The notes beneath the pieces are model-generated. The model made no database searches. It saw nothing but the letters and a program-made list of their open reading frames with translations, and was not told the DNA's origin. From NCBI GenBank assembly GCA_030704615.1, contig CM060732.1, positions 70,556,001 to 70,620,000 of the forward strand: a DNA stretch of 64,000 nt, read 5' to 3'. Made by a program: the position numbers and the translations under genes. Source of the DNA: Takakia lepidozioides. Lineage: Eukaryota > Plantae > Bryophyta. Below, piece by piece: positions 61,695 through 64,000 of the stretch. The first letter of the stretch is position 1; every line of letters begins with the position of its first letter.

Positions 61695-61990
61695 TTTTTT
61701 ATTTTTTATTTTTTATTTTTTTCCCTTAAGGAAAGGGGACAGAGGCGCTTTTAATCAAATTAAATAAAATAAGTGTTCACAAAAGGTGGAAAAAATAACC
61801 ACCGGGGAGGCCGTAGAGGCTAAATGAGGGGGGATTTCCCCAACACCAGAGCAAACTAGCTATATGAGGTGAAAAGAAGCAGATAGTGATGAAGCAGGGA
61901 GAACTAAGTGAGATGAAGATGGAACACATGCCTTAAAAACTTGTATGGGAGCATAAAGTGAGGGCCTAGCCCAATGTGAAGAGCCAAACA
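61695..61990 (-). mobile_element. LINE 3' end fragment with A-rich tail
   Basis: 61730-61825 matches 21032-21125. (TAAAAA)n-like tail on minus. Confidence 0.65.
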
Positions 61991-63569
61991 ATGTCTGTTC
62001 GTGGAAAACATGACAAAATCTATAAAATCCTGTCATTTTTTAGTTTATTTCTGAAAAATGCCAAAAATAGGGCCCCACAATGAAGGGTGGGGTCTTGTCT
62101 GATTGGCCCCAAATTTGTGCAAGGGTAGGTGGCTGGGTATTGTCCGGGTGAATTATCAAAATGACAAGTTTAAAGTTACAGGATTTTTATTAGGCGGGGT
62201 CATTTTGTTTCCGAAAAAGTCAACAGACCCTGGGCCTTTAGGGGTTAATCCGGGGTTAATCATGGGTAGAATATATCAGGAGGAATAAAGTGATTTTTCC
62301 CTGTGGATGTCCTGAAAATGACAAGTAGACACCAGACACTTGCTGCAAAACTCATTCCCTGGCCAAGGCCTTGTGGGATTTTTTGCATGCCCAAGATCCT
62401 TTCTTGTCATGACAAGCCCTATCTCTCTCTCATTGTTTCCATTAGGCAGCTACGGCATCAAGCCGAGCTAGATGTAGCAGATGCACATGTGTCTATGCAC
62501 ATTACAATGTCTCAAATGGAGGGTGAGTACAGATACAATCCCACAAAGAAAAAAACTGTCACTGCTAGAAAAACTTGGTATCTGGTGTAGGATTAGGGGT
62601 GGGATTCGCAGATGCAAGCTCAATTTTGAAATGTCATTGCATTGCTTCACAGGACAAAGTGGCACAGGCTCTTGCTCTTGCTCTCAATGACTACAATCCA
62701 CACCATTGAAAATCTCTGTGACTTAAGGTGCTATGTTCAGCAATCCCTTAATATCCACTCTAAGATGTCACCTTCAAAACAAGGGGTGAAATCTTACTGT
62801 GGTTTCAATCAATCGAGTTTTTGGTGTGTTTTGCACAAACGGTAGTAGCCACATGACTAGAAAGAGCAATTTGCACAACGCAGAAAAGATGTCCTCCAAA
62901 AATTAGTCTAGGCTCTCTGGACTTCTCTAGATCTGTACCTGCTGAGCTCCTCTCTGCTCTTTCCGAGGAACAAGATGAAACAAGAATCAGTTTTGTCACA
63001 CTCTGCAGAAGCCAAACTTGTCGAGAACACAGCTTTTGAGAACGGTTGTGGGCACCCAAGCCTCTGTTTGAAGTAACTGGTTTCCCAGAGGCAGTTTGTT
63101 CGAGGGGCCTTGTTTGAGAAGGCCCAGCTAGATGAATGAAGTCATATCAAACCAACCCATGCTGGTCCAATAGTTGCCGTCGACATTGCCTGAAGTTGAT
63201 GCTTTTGTCATAATACATACCCCAACACCTATAATGTTGGCAGAACAGCATGTGGATATTTGCCAAGGGAGTTCCAGAATATGTAGTCTCCTGATACCAC
63301 CTGCATTACATCATGCCAAAACACCAGAAATAGCACAAACAATCCTCTCCTTATTATTTAGGTCTGGTACTTCCAATCGATAGCAACAAGTGAACATGGT
63401 TGACTCATCCATCCTCCCCTTGTGTCAGAAAAGTCAAGATTGGAATTCAAGGACCCAGCAGCTACCAACCAACCAGCACACATACAACGCAGAATCTATC
63501 ATGAAAAGCAAAGCAGGAGTGTAGATGAAGTGTCTGGATTTACCTGAGCAGAAAACTCACAAGGTGCCT

Positions 63570-63901
63570 TTACTGCAGGATAAACTGCAACCTGAATGCA
63601 ATAATGACAATTTCTTACACCCACCACCAAGATACAACTAGCTTCACTGGAGCTGCCATTCCATTTGTTGCACATACTTGACTTACATTGAATCTATCAA
63701 ATGATGACACCATGAAACTACTATATTGCCCATCCATATACAAAATACACCAGCCTGCAACTTCATGACGACTATCGCTGGGGAAGGCACGGATGGATGT
63801 GTCCTGGATATCAATGACAAGAGCAGTGCTGAATATATTGTTACCGTCTTTGGGTCAACAGAGATGCCCGACATAGTTCCCCCGACAAGCTTAAGTGAGG
63901 C
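63570..63901 (-). CDS. Candidate small exons of an unidentified multi-exon gene entering from the right
   Basis: GT-AG bounded blocks 63901-63845, 63754-63687 and from 63591 join as ASLKLVGGTMSGISVDPKTAGVFCIWMGNIVVSWCHHLIDSMLQFILQ*, with introns of about 90 nt. Product not recognised. Confidence 0.3.
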
Positions 63902-64000
63902 CTGTATGGTTCATGGAGGGACAAAACAGCCACAATAGCACAGCCAAACCATCACTTTCCCATGCCAGCAGAATTAGAGATGCTGATTAGTTATGATCAA

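Overview
Eukaryotic, repeat-rich plant genomic DNA. PLS-class PPR fragments and the TE families suggest a non-seed land plant, possibly moss-like (inference). One apparently intact host gene is present: a 13-coding-exon plastid beta-ketoacyl-ACP synthase II (KASII) on the minus strand, 748-6654. There is also a 2-oxoglutarate/Fe(II) dioxygenase pseudogene (28659-37275). Its exon 1 is split by a 5-kb non-autonomous CACTA element carrying PPR fragments, and its exon 2 is inverted. A few small exons of an unidentified gene may lie at the far right. The rest is nested, degenerate TEs: several LINEs, duplicated hAT-like transposase ends, a hAT MITE with an 8-bp TSD, a SWIM/MULE-like fragment, Helitron-like repeats, a 121-bp satellite and Ty3/gypsy remnants. 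The most notable feature is a Ty3/gypsy remnant (49152-53228, minus) with the order gag zinc knuckles, aspartic protease, a full-length but disrupted DNMT3-like C5 cytosine methyltransferase domain, then RT. The window also shows several apparent local inversions and junctions with copied filler DNA. All alignments and protein identifications were made by eye, without database searches.
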